Counted from the stretch's first letter, positions 20,669 to 29,359 are shown. The stretch: 64,000 bases of DNA from Alphaproteobacteria bacterium (GCA_015062535.1 SUUK01000001.1:399055-463054), one strand, 5' to 3'. Notes: a model not told the origin generated them from the letters alone. Translations and numbers: made by a program.

Positions 20669-21090
20669 GCCCTCTCGGACGGTTTTCTATATGGTCGAAA
20701 CTAGAGGATTGACTTCGTCGAAACTTAACGGTTGCTTCGCACCGGCATACTCCCGTCTGCCTACCGTTTGTTTTCAAACCACCTTTTTCGGAGCTTCAAA
20801 TCCCATCACTTCATGATAATAAAACAAAAAGCCCACCACAAGGGCAGGCTCTTTGTTTTATGGTCGAGGTTAGTAAGATAAAACCGAAAAAAATATACAC
20901 TTTTTCTTACTAACTTTCTGCATGAGTTTAATCTACTTCAGAATTTTGTAATTTGCAATACCTTTTTTTATTTTTTTGACTGATACCTTGGATTGTTCGT
21001 AACTATCTAAGTCTGATGAATGCCATTTTTTTGAATAAGTTTTTTTATTTATTTTCAATAAATTACAAAATAATCAAAAAATTTTTTATC

Positions 21091-21130
21091 TGTTTGGTAC
21101 TTTTTTGCCTCCTTGTGGATTTTTACCTTT
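21091..21130 (+). promoter_or_regulatory. conserved 38-nt phage promoter/operator motif, copy 1
   Basis: GTTTGGTACTTTTTTGCCTCCTTGTGGATTTTTACCT lies about 15 nt upstream of an RBS. A near-identical copy sits at 24097-24135. Confidence 0.4.
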
Positions 21131-21145
21131 CGAAAGGAGGTCAAA

Positions 21146-21310
21146 ATGACCCTAGCAGAAAATTTAGTAAAAACCATACTGCCGGAATTTTTAACATATT
21201 TAGATAAGTTAGAAAAAGGCGAAATAGTTGAGAAAGAACTGGATATAAATAAAAATCCAAGCATTCATAGCGATGTAAACAAATCGAAAGGAGTCGAAAA
21301 ATGCAGTTAG
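21146..21310 (+). CDS. small phage protein preceding DUF2924/serine recombinase (candidate regulator or directionality factor)
   Basis: RBS GGAGG lies 6 nt upstream of the ATG at 21146. The 54-aa ORF overlaps the next gene by 10 nt. Confidence 0.3.
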   Translation: MTLAENLVKTILPEFLTYLDKLEKGEIVEKELDINKNPSIHSDVNKSKGVEKCS

Positions 21311-21708
21311 CACTAGAAATCGCAAGATTAGAAACACTTCCGCTTACCGAATTACGTCGTTTATGGAAGCATTACTTTAAAACCGATTGTGAAATCCAAA
21401 AAAAGGATTATTACATTTCAAGAATTGCCTATCGAATGCAAGAACTGGAATTAGGCGGTTTGAAAGCATCAACTAAAAAGATGATTGCAGAAATTTGTGA
21501 GTCAACAAAAAAGCATAAATCACTACCGCCATATGGAACACGAATTGTTCGTGAATATAAAGGTGTTGAACACTCAGTCAAAATAGTTATGGGAGGCTTT
21601 GAATATAATGGAATGAAATATAAAAGCCTATCCAGTATCGCAAAATTGATAACCGGTAGCAAAATATCGGGAAACTACTTTTTTGGATTAGAACGATATA
21701 AGGAGTAA
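21301..21708 (+). CDS. DUF2924-family protein (commonly paired with large serine recombinases)
   Basis: C-terminal ..SLSSIAKLITGSKISGNYFFGL is characteristic of the family. The gene is coupled to the downstream recombinase (TAA-ATG at 21708-21711). Confidence 0.5.
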   Translation: MQLALEIARLETLPLTELRRLWKHYFKTDCEIQKKDYYISRIAYRMQELELGGLKASTKKMIAEICESTKKHKSLPPYGTRIVREYKGVEHSVKIVMGGFEYNGMKYKSLSSIAKLITGSKISGNYFFGLERYKE

Positions 21709-21710
21709 AC

Positions 21711-23411
21711 ATGGAACAGAAAATAATCAGATGTGCAGTATACACTCGTAAATCAACAGAAGAAGGGTTAGACAAGGAGTTTAACACTTTAGAAGCTCAA
21801 CGAGAGGCTGGTGAAAACTATATCAAGAGCCAAAAACAACAAGGTTGGGTCTTGCTTCCACAGCATTATGATGATGGTGGTTATAGCGGTGGCACATTAA
21901 AACGTCCTGCCCTTCAAAGACTATTGTCTGATGTGCAAAATGGTAATATTGATATGATTGTTGTTTATAAAATTGACCGCTTAACCCGTTCTTTGCTAGA
22001 CTTTTCACAACTGATTAAAACGCTTGATGCACATAATTGTTCTTTTGTTTCTGTTACACAAAATTTTAACACTTGCGATTCCATGGGTAAACTGACCTTG
22101 AACATTTTATTATCGTTTGCCCAATTTGAACGAGAAGTAAGTGCTGAACGTATCCGAGACAAAATTGCCGCCACCAAGAAAAAAGGTATGTGGACTGGTG
22201 GTAGCGTTCCCCTTGGCTATGATGTTAAAAATAAAAAATTAGTAGTTAATCAGGAAGAAGCAAAAATAGTTCGCTATCTATTTGAAGAATATTTACGTTG
22301 TCGGTCAGAAGTTCAAGTGAGCAGAAACGCCAACGAAATGGGCTATCACTCTAAAGCTCGTAAAGTTCGTAATAGTCAAGGAGAAGTTGCCTTGTCTTTT
22401 AACCATGCGATGATTAATAATTTACTCCGTAATCCTATTTATATTGGAAAGATACCTTACAAAACAGAATTGTTTGATGGACTACACAAAGCGATAATTC
22501 CTATGGATTTGTGGAATCAAGTACAAGAATTAAAAAGGCTTAACCGCCGAGAACGTTTTGCCCCCTCCCGTTCTGTTAAAAATTCATTATTAAAAGGCCT
22601 TGTAGAATGTGAATGTTGCGGCACAATGACACCTACCCGCTGCAAACGAAAAAACAAATATTACGAGTATTATACTTCATCAAAAGCTGTCAAAGAAGGT
22701 CATCATTTATGTAGAACAGGAAGTGTTCCAGCAGGTGAGTTAGATAGATTTGTTTTGGATAAAGTTAGAAATGCATTCAAATCTCCAGAAATTATTCAAG
22801 AATTAGTGCATCAAATTAAACCGTACAAACCTGAGTATGGCGTAAGAGAAGTTTTTGACATTGTGCAGTCGGTTGATAAAGTTTTTGAGCATTTTGAACC
22901 GGCAACATTACAGTCAATCATAAAACAACTTGTTGATAAAGTCATTATACACAAAGGCAAAGTTGTCATTCGATTTAACAGTTTTGGCGTATCGTTGCTT
23001 GATGATAATATTAAATTTCAAAATGAGTTTAATAAAAAAACACTAGAATTTACTTATAATGTTACGTTGGCTCGTAAAAGAGGTCGAGTAAAAATAGTCA
23101 ATCCTCTTCCGTCAGAAACACCTGAAAAAGACGAGATTTTAATAAATGCCGTATCCAAAGCCTTTAAATGGCAAGATTTGTTGGAAAGAACAAATTTAAC
23201 AATTGCAGAATTAGCCCGAAGAGAAAAAATTGACAGGACATATATGGGACGCATTTTAAAACTATGTTCTCTTGCTCCCGAAATTATTAATGCAATTATA
23301 GAGGGAAAACAACCACGATTGCTTAATTTACAAGTCTTTACCAGAAACCAAATCCCTCTTTTATGGAGTGAACAACTTAAAAAATATGGTTTTGTTTACG
23401 ATTCGCACTGA
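21711..23411 (+). CDS. large serine recombinase (phage integrase, resolvase/invertase N-terminal domain + recombinase domain + zinc ribbon)
   Basis: N-terminus VYTRKSTEEG..QREA has the catalytic Ser/Arg context. It is followed by a recombinase domain and Cys clusters (CECCG..C) over 566 aa. Confidence 0.9.
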   Translation: MEQKIIRCAVYTRKSTEEGLDKEFNTLEAQREAGENYIKSQKQQGWVLLPQHYDDGGYSGGTLKRPALQRLLSDVQNGNIDMIVVYKIDRLTRSLLDFSQLIKTLDAHNCSFVSVTQNFNTCDSMGKLTLNILLSFAQFEREVSAERIRDKIAATKKKGMWTGGSVPLGYDVKNKKLVVNQEEAKIVRYLFEEYLRCRSEVQVSRNANEMGYHSKARKVRNSQGEVALSFNHAMINNLLRNPIYIGKIPYKTELFDGLHKAIIPMDLWNQVQELKRLNRRERFAPSRSVKNSLLKGLVECECCGTMTPTRCKRKNKYYEYYTSSKAVKEGHHLCRTGSVPAGELDRFVLDKVRNAFKSPEIIQELVHQIKPYKPEYGVREVFDIVQSVDKVFEHFEPATLQSIIKQLVDKVIIHKGKVVIRFNSFGVSLLDDNIKFQNEFNKKTLEFTYNVTLARKRGRVKIVNPLPSETPEKDEILINAVSKAFKWQDLLERTNLTIAELARREKIDRTYMGRILKLCSLAPEIINAIIEGKQPRLLNLQVFTRNQIPLLWSEQLKKYGFVYDSH

Positions 23412-23423
23412 TTTTTTATAAAA

Positions 23424-23476
23424 TTGACATAACCGTATGTATTGGATTCCATACGGTTATATGCGTTTGACATAAC
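23424..23476. promoter_or_regulatory. operator-like inverted repeat flanked by direct TTGACATAAC repeats
   Basis: AACCGTATG-TATTGGATTC-CATACGGTT is a 9-bp perfect inverted repeat. TTGACATAAC occurs at 23424 and 23466. Confidence 0.4.
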
Positions 23477-23593
23477 ATATTATTTTTATTTAATTTTCCT
23501 ACGGAAAAAATTATTTAATCCTTTCGTTTATATAGCCGAAAGCATATCATTTTTTTGTAACTATCCCCCAAAATTTTTACGAAAGGATGATAT

Positions 23594-24094
23594 ATGCCGA
23601 AGCAAAACAGCGGTGGTCTTCCACCAAAAATTGAAATGTATATTCGTATTCATGTGGCGAGTTTATATAAAACAAATTTGTTTCAATACCAAGAGCGAGA
23701 CGACCTACTTCAGGAACTCGCTCTTTTTTATATTGAAAGGTTTTACAAAAAAGATGAAGACATACCAGATGAGCTACTTTTCATTGCCCTAAAACGAAAG
23801 GCACAGCAAATACTTCGCTCCCGACTACTTAGCATGAAGTCGGGAGTTTTTTTTAATGAGTCATTAAATCGTATGTCAGAGGAAAAAGGATTTGAACTTA
23901 CTTCGAAGTTTTGTTTAGAGGATTTAGAAAATGAAATAGATTTAAGATATTTATTAAAAATGCTCTCAGAAAAAGAACAGGAATTTATAAAACGACTATT
24001 TCAAGGAGAAAAATTAAATGATGTTTATCAATCACTTAAAATGTCAAAAGGAACACCAAAAAGGATTGCTGAGAAAATAAAGAAAAAAATTTGA
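23594..24094 (+). CDS. phage-encoded sigma-70-family (ECF-like) sigma factor
   Basis: 166 aa with a region-2-like segment (LLQELALFYIERFY) and a C-terminal region-4 HTH (LSEKEQEFIKRLFQGEKLNDVYQSL). Confidence 0.5.
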   Translation: MPKQNSGGLPPKIEMYIRIHVASLYKTNLFQYQERDDLLQELALFYIERFYKKDEDIPDELLFIALKRKAQQILRSRLLSMKSGVFFNESLNRMSEEKGFELTSKFCLEDLENEIDLRYLLKMLSEKEQEFIKRLFQGEKLNDVYQSLKMSKGTPKRIAEKIKKKI

Positions 24095-24096
24095 TA

Positions 24097-24135
24097 TCGT
24101 TTGGTACTTTTTCGACCTCTCGTGGATTTTTACCT
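24097..24135 (+). promoter_or_regulatory. conserved 38-nt phage promoter/operator motif, copy 2
   Basis: CGTTTGGTACTTTTTCGACCTCTCGTGGATTTTTACCT matches copy 1 at about 31 of 38 positions and lies upstream of the 24170 gene. Confidence 0.4.
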
Positions 24136-24169
24136 CATGTAGCAACCAAACATGAAAGGATAAAAAGCT

Positions 24170-24460
24170 ATGAGAAAATCGAAAAATACTGTTTATGAAA
24201 TGATTAAAACCATTCCAGTTGATAAGTTAATGGCCATGGATACCAACCAACTCATCTTTTGGGAGAATGAAGTACGTGATGAAATTGATGAGTTGAAGGA
24301 AATCGGCCGTCAAAAAACTCGTGCTTACCGCAGAGCCTTGCTTTCACTTAAATGGCTTCAAGGTATTCGTCGAATTAAAACAAGTGCTGAATTTAAGAAA
24401 ACAGGAAAGATGCCTCCTAAGACAGTTATCATGGTCGTAGATCTTTCAAAGGAGGACTAA
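24170..24460 (+). CDS. hypothetical phage early protein
   Basis: 96-aa ORF, basic. Confidence 0.3.
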   Translation: MRKSKNTVYEMIKTIPVDKLMAMDTNQLIFWENEVRDEIDELKEIGRQKTRAYRRALLSLKWLQGIRRIKTSAEFKKTGKMPPKTVIMVVDLSKED

Positions 24461-25138
24461 ATGGATAGAAAAACGTCATTCGTGTTTTATCCTGCGGAGT
24501 TCCTTGCTTCTGTGTATAATTTTACAAATTGTGAATGTGCGACATTAATTAAGGCTCTTTGTGAGTACGCTCTGTACGGAAAAATCACAAAAAATTTATC
24601 GGAAAAAGTTCAAGACCGTTTTAATTTTTTGCAAGCAGGCATTGATGAAAACAATCGCAAATATTTTGAAACCTGCGAAAAACGTAAGGCTGGCGGCTCT
24701 AAAGGTGGTCGTCCAAAACGAGAAAAAGAAAACCTTAAGGTTTCTGAACCACCACCAAATTCTGCCAACGAAAAACCTGATAAGGAGAAGGATAAGGATA
24801 AAGGAGATGAAGAGTCCGGATATGTTTTTATTAAAAATAATAAAAATAAAGGGGCTGAAAATGTGGATAAGTCAGGATATGTCGGTGCTCCGAGCGTTGA
24901 AGAAGTGGCTGAATACTGCAAACGAAGTGGATATACAATTGACCCTGTAGCCTTCGTTCGGTGGAACGAAGAACGTGGTTGGATGAACGGCAAGAAATAC
25001 ATTGCCGTTGACTGGCGTAAAGCCGTCCGGAAATGGTTTTGCAAGGAAAACGGTCTCGCTTACTCGGAAATGGAGACTATGACGGACATCTGTCATGATG
25101 TGCTTAGCAAAGTAAAGGTGGTGCCGGATGAAAGCTAA
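24461..25138 (+). CDS. hypothetical phage protein, possibly replication-associated (DUF1376-like N-terminus; tentative)
   Basis: N-terminal FVFYPAEFLASV...LIKALCEYALYG is followed by a basic GGSKGGRPKREKE linker and an acidic stretch. Confidence 0.3.
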   Translation: MDRKTSFVFYPAEFLASVYNFTNCECATLIKALCEYALYGKITKNLSEKVQDRFNFLQAGIDENNRKYFETCEKRKAGGSKGGRPKREKENLKVSEPPPNSANEKPDKEKDKDKGDEESGYVFIKNNKNKGAENVDKSGYVGAPSVEEVAEYCKRSGYTIDPVAFVRWNEERGWMNGKKYIAVDWRKAVRKWFCKENGLAYSEMETMTDICHDVLSKVKVVPDES

Positions 25139-25556
25139 AACCATCGCAGAAATCAAAGCAAACTTGGAAACAGCCGCCTATGTGGATCGGTTGTTGCCGC
25201 CTGTCCGTTCTCCCAAATATCGGTGTTTGATGCCCGAGATTATATACACGCCGCAAGAAATGGCCCTGATGGACCGCCGACCGGTTCGACCCCGTCCAAC
25301 TCAGGCACAGGTCAGTTTATGGGAGACTGTCACTTTAGAATGGATACCACTTCTAGAAATTGATGAACGCCGCCTTGTTTGGAAACGGGCTAACCGAATT
25401 CCTTGGAAAATTTTATGCCGAGAATTTGGCATTTGCAGAACAAGGTTAATGCTCAAGTATGATAAAGCCATTGTAAAGATTGAGTTTTACCTAAAAGGAA
25501 AGGAAAAATGCAGAGTGCAAAAAATGAGTGGACACTTTCAAAAGAAATCGCTATAA
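25128..25556 (+). CDS. hypothetical phage protein with HTH-like C-terminus
   Basis: 142-aa ORF containing RIPWKILCREFGICRTRLMLKY. Confidence 0.3.
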   Translation: MKAKTIAEIKANLETAAYVDRLLPPVRSPKYRCLMPEIIYTPQEMALMDRRPVRPRPTQAQVSLWETVTLEWIPLLEIDERRLVWKRANRIPWKILCREFGICRTRLMLKYDKAIVKIEFYLKGKEKCRVQKMSGHFQKKSL

Positions 25557-25673
25557 ATAAGGGTATAATCGGGATGGTTCTACGTAATCGTCCCGTTTAT
25601 ACATTTTTACATATAGCATCCGGCTCGGCAGTTCATCTGTCGGGCCTTTTTTTATAAGCAAAAAGGAGAAAAG

Positions 25674-26675
25674 ATGAAAAAAACAGCAGAGTTCGTTTCG
25701 CTCGGACATCCGGACAAAACGGCCGACTATATTTCCAGTTATATCCTTGACCGTATGATCGCCCAAGACCCGGACGTAAAATACGCCGTTGAGGTTATGG
25801 TCAAAGACAACACCGTCGTGTTAGGAGGCGAAATCAAAGGAAAAGTTGTCCTATCAGATGTCAAAGAGTTCGTTAAAAATGCCCTGAGAGATATCGGTTA
25901 TGATGAAAAATACGCCGAAGTTTGGGGCAAAAATGCCATAGATGTTCGTAAAATCGAAGTCATCAACCTCATCGGTCAGCAGTCAGCAGACATCAACCAA
26001 GGCGTAGTAGCCAATGGTTGGGGCGACCAAGGTGTATTTGTCGGTTACGCTTGTAAAGGTGAAGGCTTGATTAACCGAGAGCTTTATCTCGCTCGTACCC
26101 TTAACAATGCCCTTTATATTAAGGCTCGTCAAAGCAAAAACCTTGGAATTGACATTAAAACACAGATTACCTTAAACGACTACGGCCGAATTGAAACGGC
26201 TGTCGTTGCCATTCCGATGAAAGAACCGGAAGATTTAACAGATTTTATCATTGAAACACTCGGAGAAAAGCCCGACAACATCATTGTTAACGGCACCGGA
26301 AGTTTCAAATTGCATTCCTCCATCGCAGACTGCGGCATTACCGGTCGCAAATTGGCCTGCGATTTTTACTCTACTGCCTGTCCGATCGGTGGTGGCTCGC
26401 CTTGGACTAAAGACGGCAGCAAGGCAGATGTAACCCTGAACATCTATGCTCGCCGTTTAGCTCTTCGTTATTTGGAAGATAACGACGAATGCTTTGTCTA
26501 TCTCTCCTCCTGCATCGGTCGAGCCGAACTGCCCAGTGCAGTTGTTAAAACAATCAAGTCAGGTGTCGAGACAAATACCGCCATCTCGGTGGCCAAAACC
26601 CCAATTGAACTGGCCGAAGAATTGGATTTAACAAAGCCGGTTTTCGCCCGTTTATGTCGAAATGGTTTGATATAA
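25674..26675 (+). CDS. divergent, shortened S-adenosylmethionine synthetase (MetK-like) encoded by phage
   Basis: Aligns with bacterial MetK across its length. Matching segments include SLGHPDKTADYIS (GHPDK), SADINQGV, GWGDQGVFVGYA (GAGDQG), DIKTQIT, ADCGITGRKL and IGGGSPWTKDGSKADVT. The catalytic His, Asp and Lys residues are conserved. At 333 aa it has lost part of the C-terminal domain. Confidence 0.75.
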   Translation: MKKTAEFVSLGHPDKTADYISSYILDRMIAQDPDVKYAVEVMVKDNTVVLGGEIKGKVVLSDVKEFVKNALRDIGYDEKYAEVWGKNAIDVRKIEVINLIGQQSADINQGVVANGWGDQGVFVGYACKGEGLINRELYLARTLNNALYIKARQSKNLGIDIKTQITLNDYGRIETAVVAIPMKEPEDLTDFIIETLGEKPDNIIVNGTGSFKLHSSIADCGITGRKLACDFYSTACPIGGGSPWTKDGSKADVTLNIYARRLALRYLEDNDECFVYLSSCIGRAELPSAVVKTIKSGVETNTAISVAKTPIELAEELDLTKPVFARLCRNGLI

Positions 26676-26693
26676 TCCCCCGAATTTGCCGGA

Positions 26694-27074
26694 ACATATC
26701 ATACTAACGACATATAATCCCGACTTTTGGGCAGAATTGCCGGATAGTATCATACTATGCGAACATATAACATTGTATGTCGGTGTTGCCTCACATATAA
26801 GACATATATATGGGCTATTCTGACGGAATATCGCCCTATATTGCACATATATCGGACATATATTCGCATAGATTTGCATATATGTTCGCTATGATAAACC
26901 ATAGCCCGACGGTCCCGTCACAATAGGCATATAGTATCATACTATCAAGACGGTATCGAGGTTTTGAGCCGGATTTGACGGATAGTATCATACTATCAAC
27001 ATACTCTCTCGGGTTTTGGCCCGTTTGGGTGGTTAGTATCATACTAACGAGATACTATCTCGGACAGCCCTGAG
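26694..27074. repeat. array of 17-bp palindromes GATAGTATCATACTATC interleaved with ACATATAT repeats
   Basis: Full palindromes at 26743-26759, 26931-26946, 26991-27007 and 27042-27058; partial copies at 26694-26709 and 27061-27073. ACATATA(T/A) occurs four times between 26792 and 26890, enclosed by the GGGCTAT/ATAGCCC inverted repeat (26811/26901). Confidence 0.7.
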
Positions 27075-27260
27075 GCGCAACGGGTCCTTCCTGGCCTCTG
27101 TTCGTATGCGGGGACGCAAGCCGCCCGATTTTTCTAGCGAAACACCTTTTTCTTTACTGGTCGCCCATACTCGGAAACCCTTGTGTTTATTGGGGTTTGA
27201 GGGTGTCTTGTTTTTTCTGACTGGTCACTTGTAAATCTGGCTGGTCACTTTGCATTTTTT

Positions 27261-28529
27261 ATGGAGAATTACATGGAATTTAATGAAAAATATCCTACCG
27301 AAAAGCTCATCCCATATGCCCGAAACTCTCGGACACATAACGATGAACAAATCGCCCAAATTGTGGCAAGCATTAAGGAGTTCGGTTTCACGAACCCAAT
27401 CCTGATTGGAGATGATGATGTTATAATCGCCGGTCATGGTCGCCTTATGGCCGCACAACGTCTTGGCATGACAGAGGTTCCGGTCATCAGGTTGCCTCAC
27501 TTAACCGAAACACAACGCCGGGCCTTGGTCATTGCCGACAATAAGATTGCTCTGAATGCCGGATGGGATGAAGAGATGCTCCACCTTGAAATGGAAGAAC
27601 TCTCGGAATTGAACTTTGATTTGAACCTGCTTGGGTTTAACCCTGATGAGTTGAATGAAATCCAATTATTCGGTGAGGAAAAGTCGTCCGGTAACACAGA
27701 TGATGACGAAGTTCCGGAAGCACCTGAGGAAGCCATCACAAAACGTGGCGACATTTGGCAACTGGGCCGACACCGTCTGATTTGTGGCGATACCACCATG
27801 ATAGATGACGTTAAAAAGCTAATGCAGGACGAAGTCGCCGATATGATTTTCACAGACCCTCCATATAATGTGAACTATGGTTCCACCATGAAAGACAGCA
27901 TACGCTATCATGCCGGTTCACTCGGTGGCCGAAAGATTATGAACGATAACCTTGGCGAAGGTTTTGCTCAGTTCCTGACGGATAGCTTATCCAATATGAT
28001 GATGTATTGTAAAGGTGCGGCCTATGTATGCATGAGTTCATCTGAACTGCACACCCTTTATAACTCGTTCATCAATGCCGGTGGCAAATGGTCGACCTTC
28101 ATCATTTGGAAAAAGAACACCTTTACCCTTGGCCGAGCTGACTATCAGCGACAATATGAGCCTATTCTTTACGGTTGGAATGCCGAACAAAAACATCATT
28201 GGTGTGGTGACCGGGATCAGGCAGACGTTTGGGAATACAATAAACCGGTCAAAAACGACTTACACCCGACAATGAAGCCGGTTGAACTGGTGGAAAGAGC
28301 TATAAATAACAGCTCTAAAATCGGGAATATCGTTTTAGATGGTTTCGGAGGCTCCGGCTCGACGCTGATTGCGTGCGAAAAGACGGGTCGTTCTGCCCGA
28401 TTAATTGAGCTAGATCCGAAGTTTTGTGACGTCATCATCAGGCGTTGGGAGGAATATACCGGTAACAAAGCCCAACTTATTGAAAATAAAGCAGAAATAA
28501 TCGAAAATGATGCAGAATTAACTGGATAA
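27261..28529 (+). CDS. ParB-like nuclease domain fused to beta-class N6A/N4C DNA methyltransferase
   Basis: N-terminal ParB/Srx fold (GHGRLMAAQRLG) is followed by a methyltransferase with DPPYN (motif IV) preceding LDGFGGSGST (motif I). Length is 422 aa. Confidence 0.85.
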   Translation: MENYMEFNEKYPTEKLIPYARNSRTHNDEQIAQIVASIKEFGFTNPILIGDDDVIIAGHGRLMAAQRLGMTEVPVIRLPHLTETQRRALVIADNKIALNAGWDEEMLHLEMEELSELNFDLNLLGFNPDELNEIQLFGEEKSSGNTDDDEVPEAPEEAITKRGDIWQLGRHRLICGDTTMIDDVKKLMQDEVADMIFTDPPYNVNYGSTMKDSIRYHAGSLGGRKIMNDNLGEGFAQFLTDSLSNMMMYCKGAAYVCMSSSELHTLYNSFINAGGKWSTFIIWKKNTFTLGRADYQRQYEPILYGWNAEQKHHWCGDRDQADVWEYNKPVKNDLHPTMKPVELVERAINNSSKIGNIVLDGFGGSGSTLIACEKTGRSARLIELDPKFCDVIIRRWEEYTGNKAQLIENKAEIIENDAELTG

Positions 28530-28608
28530 ATTTCGAATAACAAGCAACAATGTAATTGTAAGGAAAGGCAGAGAAAGCCTTGAAAAACAAGAACAAAAGG
28601 AGCTTAAA
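28481..28608 (+). promoter_or_regulatory. conserved promoter-leader element, copy A (contains ATGCAGAATTAACTGGATA and a conserved RBS CAAAAGGAGC)
   Basis: About 80% identical over roughly 125 bp to 29231-29359. The core is shared with the inverted copy at 31107-31128. Confidence 0.5.
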
Positions 28609-28914
28609 ATGAAAACAGTTAAAACCTACTTAGTACGCAAACCGAGTGACTTAGAAGAAGTCATGGAGTTAACCAAAAGATACGGCAACGAAGCAACCGA
28701 AGTTAAGGTCGCCGAAACCATCCGCTTAGACGAAGAAGCTTATAAAGCGGTTTGTGAAAACCCGGTGGCCGATTACGGGTTTTTAACCGGCAAAGGCGGC
28801 TACGATGACGACGGGATGCGACAGGTCATCGCCTTAACCTGCAAGGGCCACAAAACGCTTTACGCCGATCCTTCAGGCTCAGATTACTGCCGTTACTTAG
28901 GGATTAAACAATAA
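28609..28914 (+). CDS. hypothetical small phage protein
   Basis: 101-aa ORF behind element copy A. Confidence 0.35.
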   Translation: MKTVKTYLVRKPSDLEEVMELTKRYGNEATEVKVAETIRLDEEAYKAVCENPVADYGFLTGKGGYDDDGMRQVIALTCKGHKTLYADPSGSDYCRYLGIKQ

Positions 28915-28924
28915 GGAGGTTACC

Positions 28925-29221
28925 ATGTTTTACAATAAAGAAAACTTAAACAACGCCTTTAAAGAGTTACGCAAACTGGGGTATTTTGCAAGACAGAACT
29001 TCAAATGCTGCCAAAGTTGTGCTTGGGCGGCCGTTCCAATGGATAAAGCCAAGGTGGTTTTTTACCACGCACAGGATAATGAGGATCTAATGAGATATGG
29101 CGAATGTTATTTAGCATGGACCGGTGACGTGGATGAAATCGCCGCAGTCCTTGAAAAACATGGAGTTTTGCTTAAAAAGCCCGAAAGTGAAGCCAGTCGT
29201 TTTGAAATTACGATAAAATGA
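28925..29221 (+). CDS. hypothetical small phage protein (Cys-containing: CCQSC)
   Basis: 98-aa ORF, RBS AAGGAGG 5 nt upstream. Confidence 0.35.
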   Translation: MFYNKENLNNAFKELRKLGYFARQNFKCCQSCAWAAVPMDKAKVVFYHAQDNEDLMRYGECYLAWTGDVDEIAAVLEKHGVLLKKPESEASRFEITIK

Positions 29222-29230
29222 TAAAAATTA

Positions 29231-29359
29231 TTGAAAAACAAGCACTTATTTGCAAAATAAATGCAGAATTAACTGGATATAATTCGAATTCCAAGCAATA
29301 CTGTAAGTGTAAGCAAAGGCAAGGATAGCCTAGCAAAACCTAACAAAAGGAGCATTAAA
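29231..29359 (+). promoter_or_regulatory. conserved promoter-leader element, copy B
   Basis: See copy A; the core motif is at 29261-29279. Confidence 0.5.

Noticed and set aside
20670-20880. Possible two-piece alpha-proteobacterial tmRNA or other known RNA gene at the prophage junction
   Set aside because: No tRNA-like T-arm (GGTTCGANTCC) and no tag-peptide reading frame ending in ..LAA-stop were found on either strand. It is retained only as a generic sRNA or att candidate.
21091-24135. The two 38-nt repeats as attL/attR or attP remnants
   Set aside because: Both copies lie inside the prophage at equivalent positions just upstream of an RBS and ATG, which fits promoters or operators rather than recombination sites.
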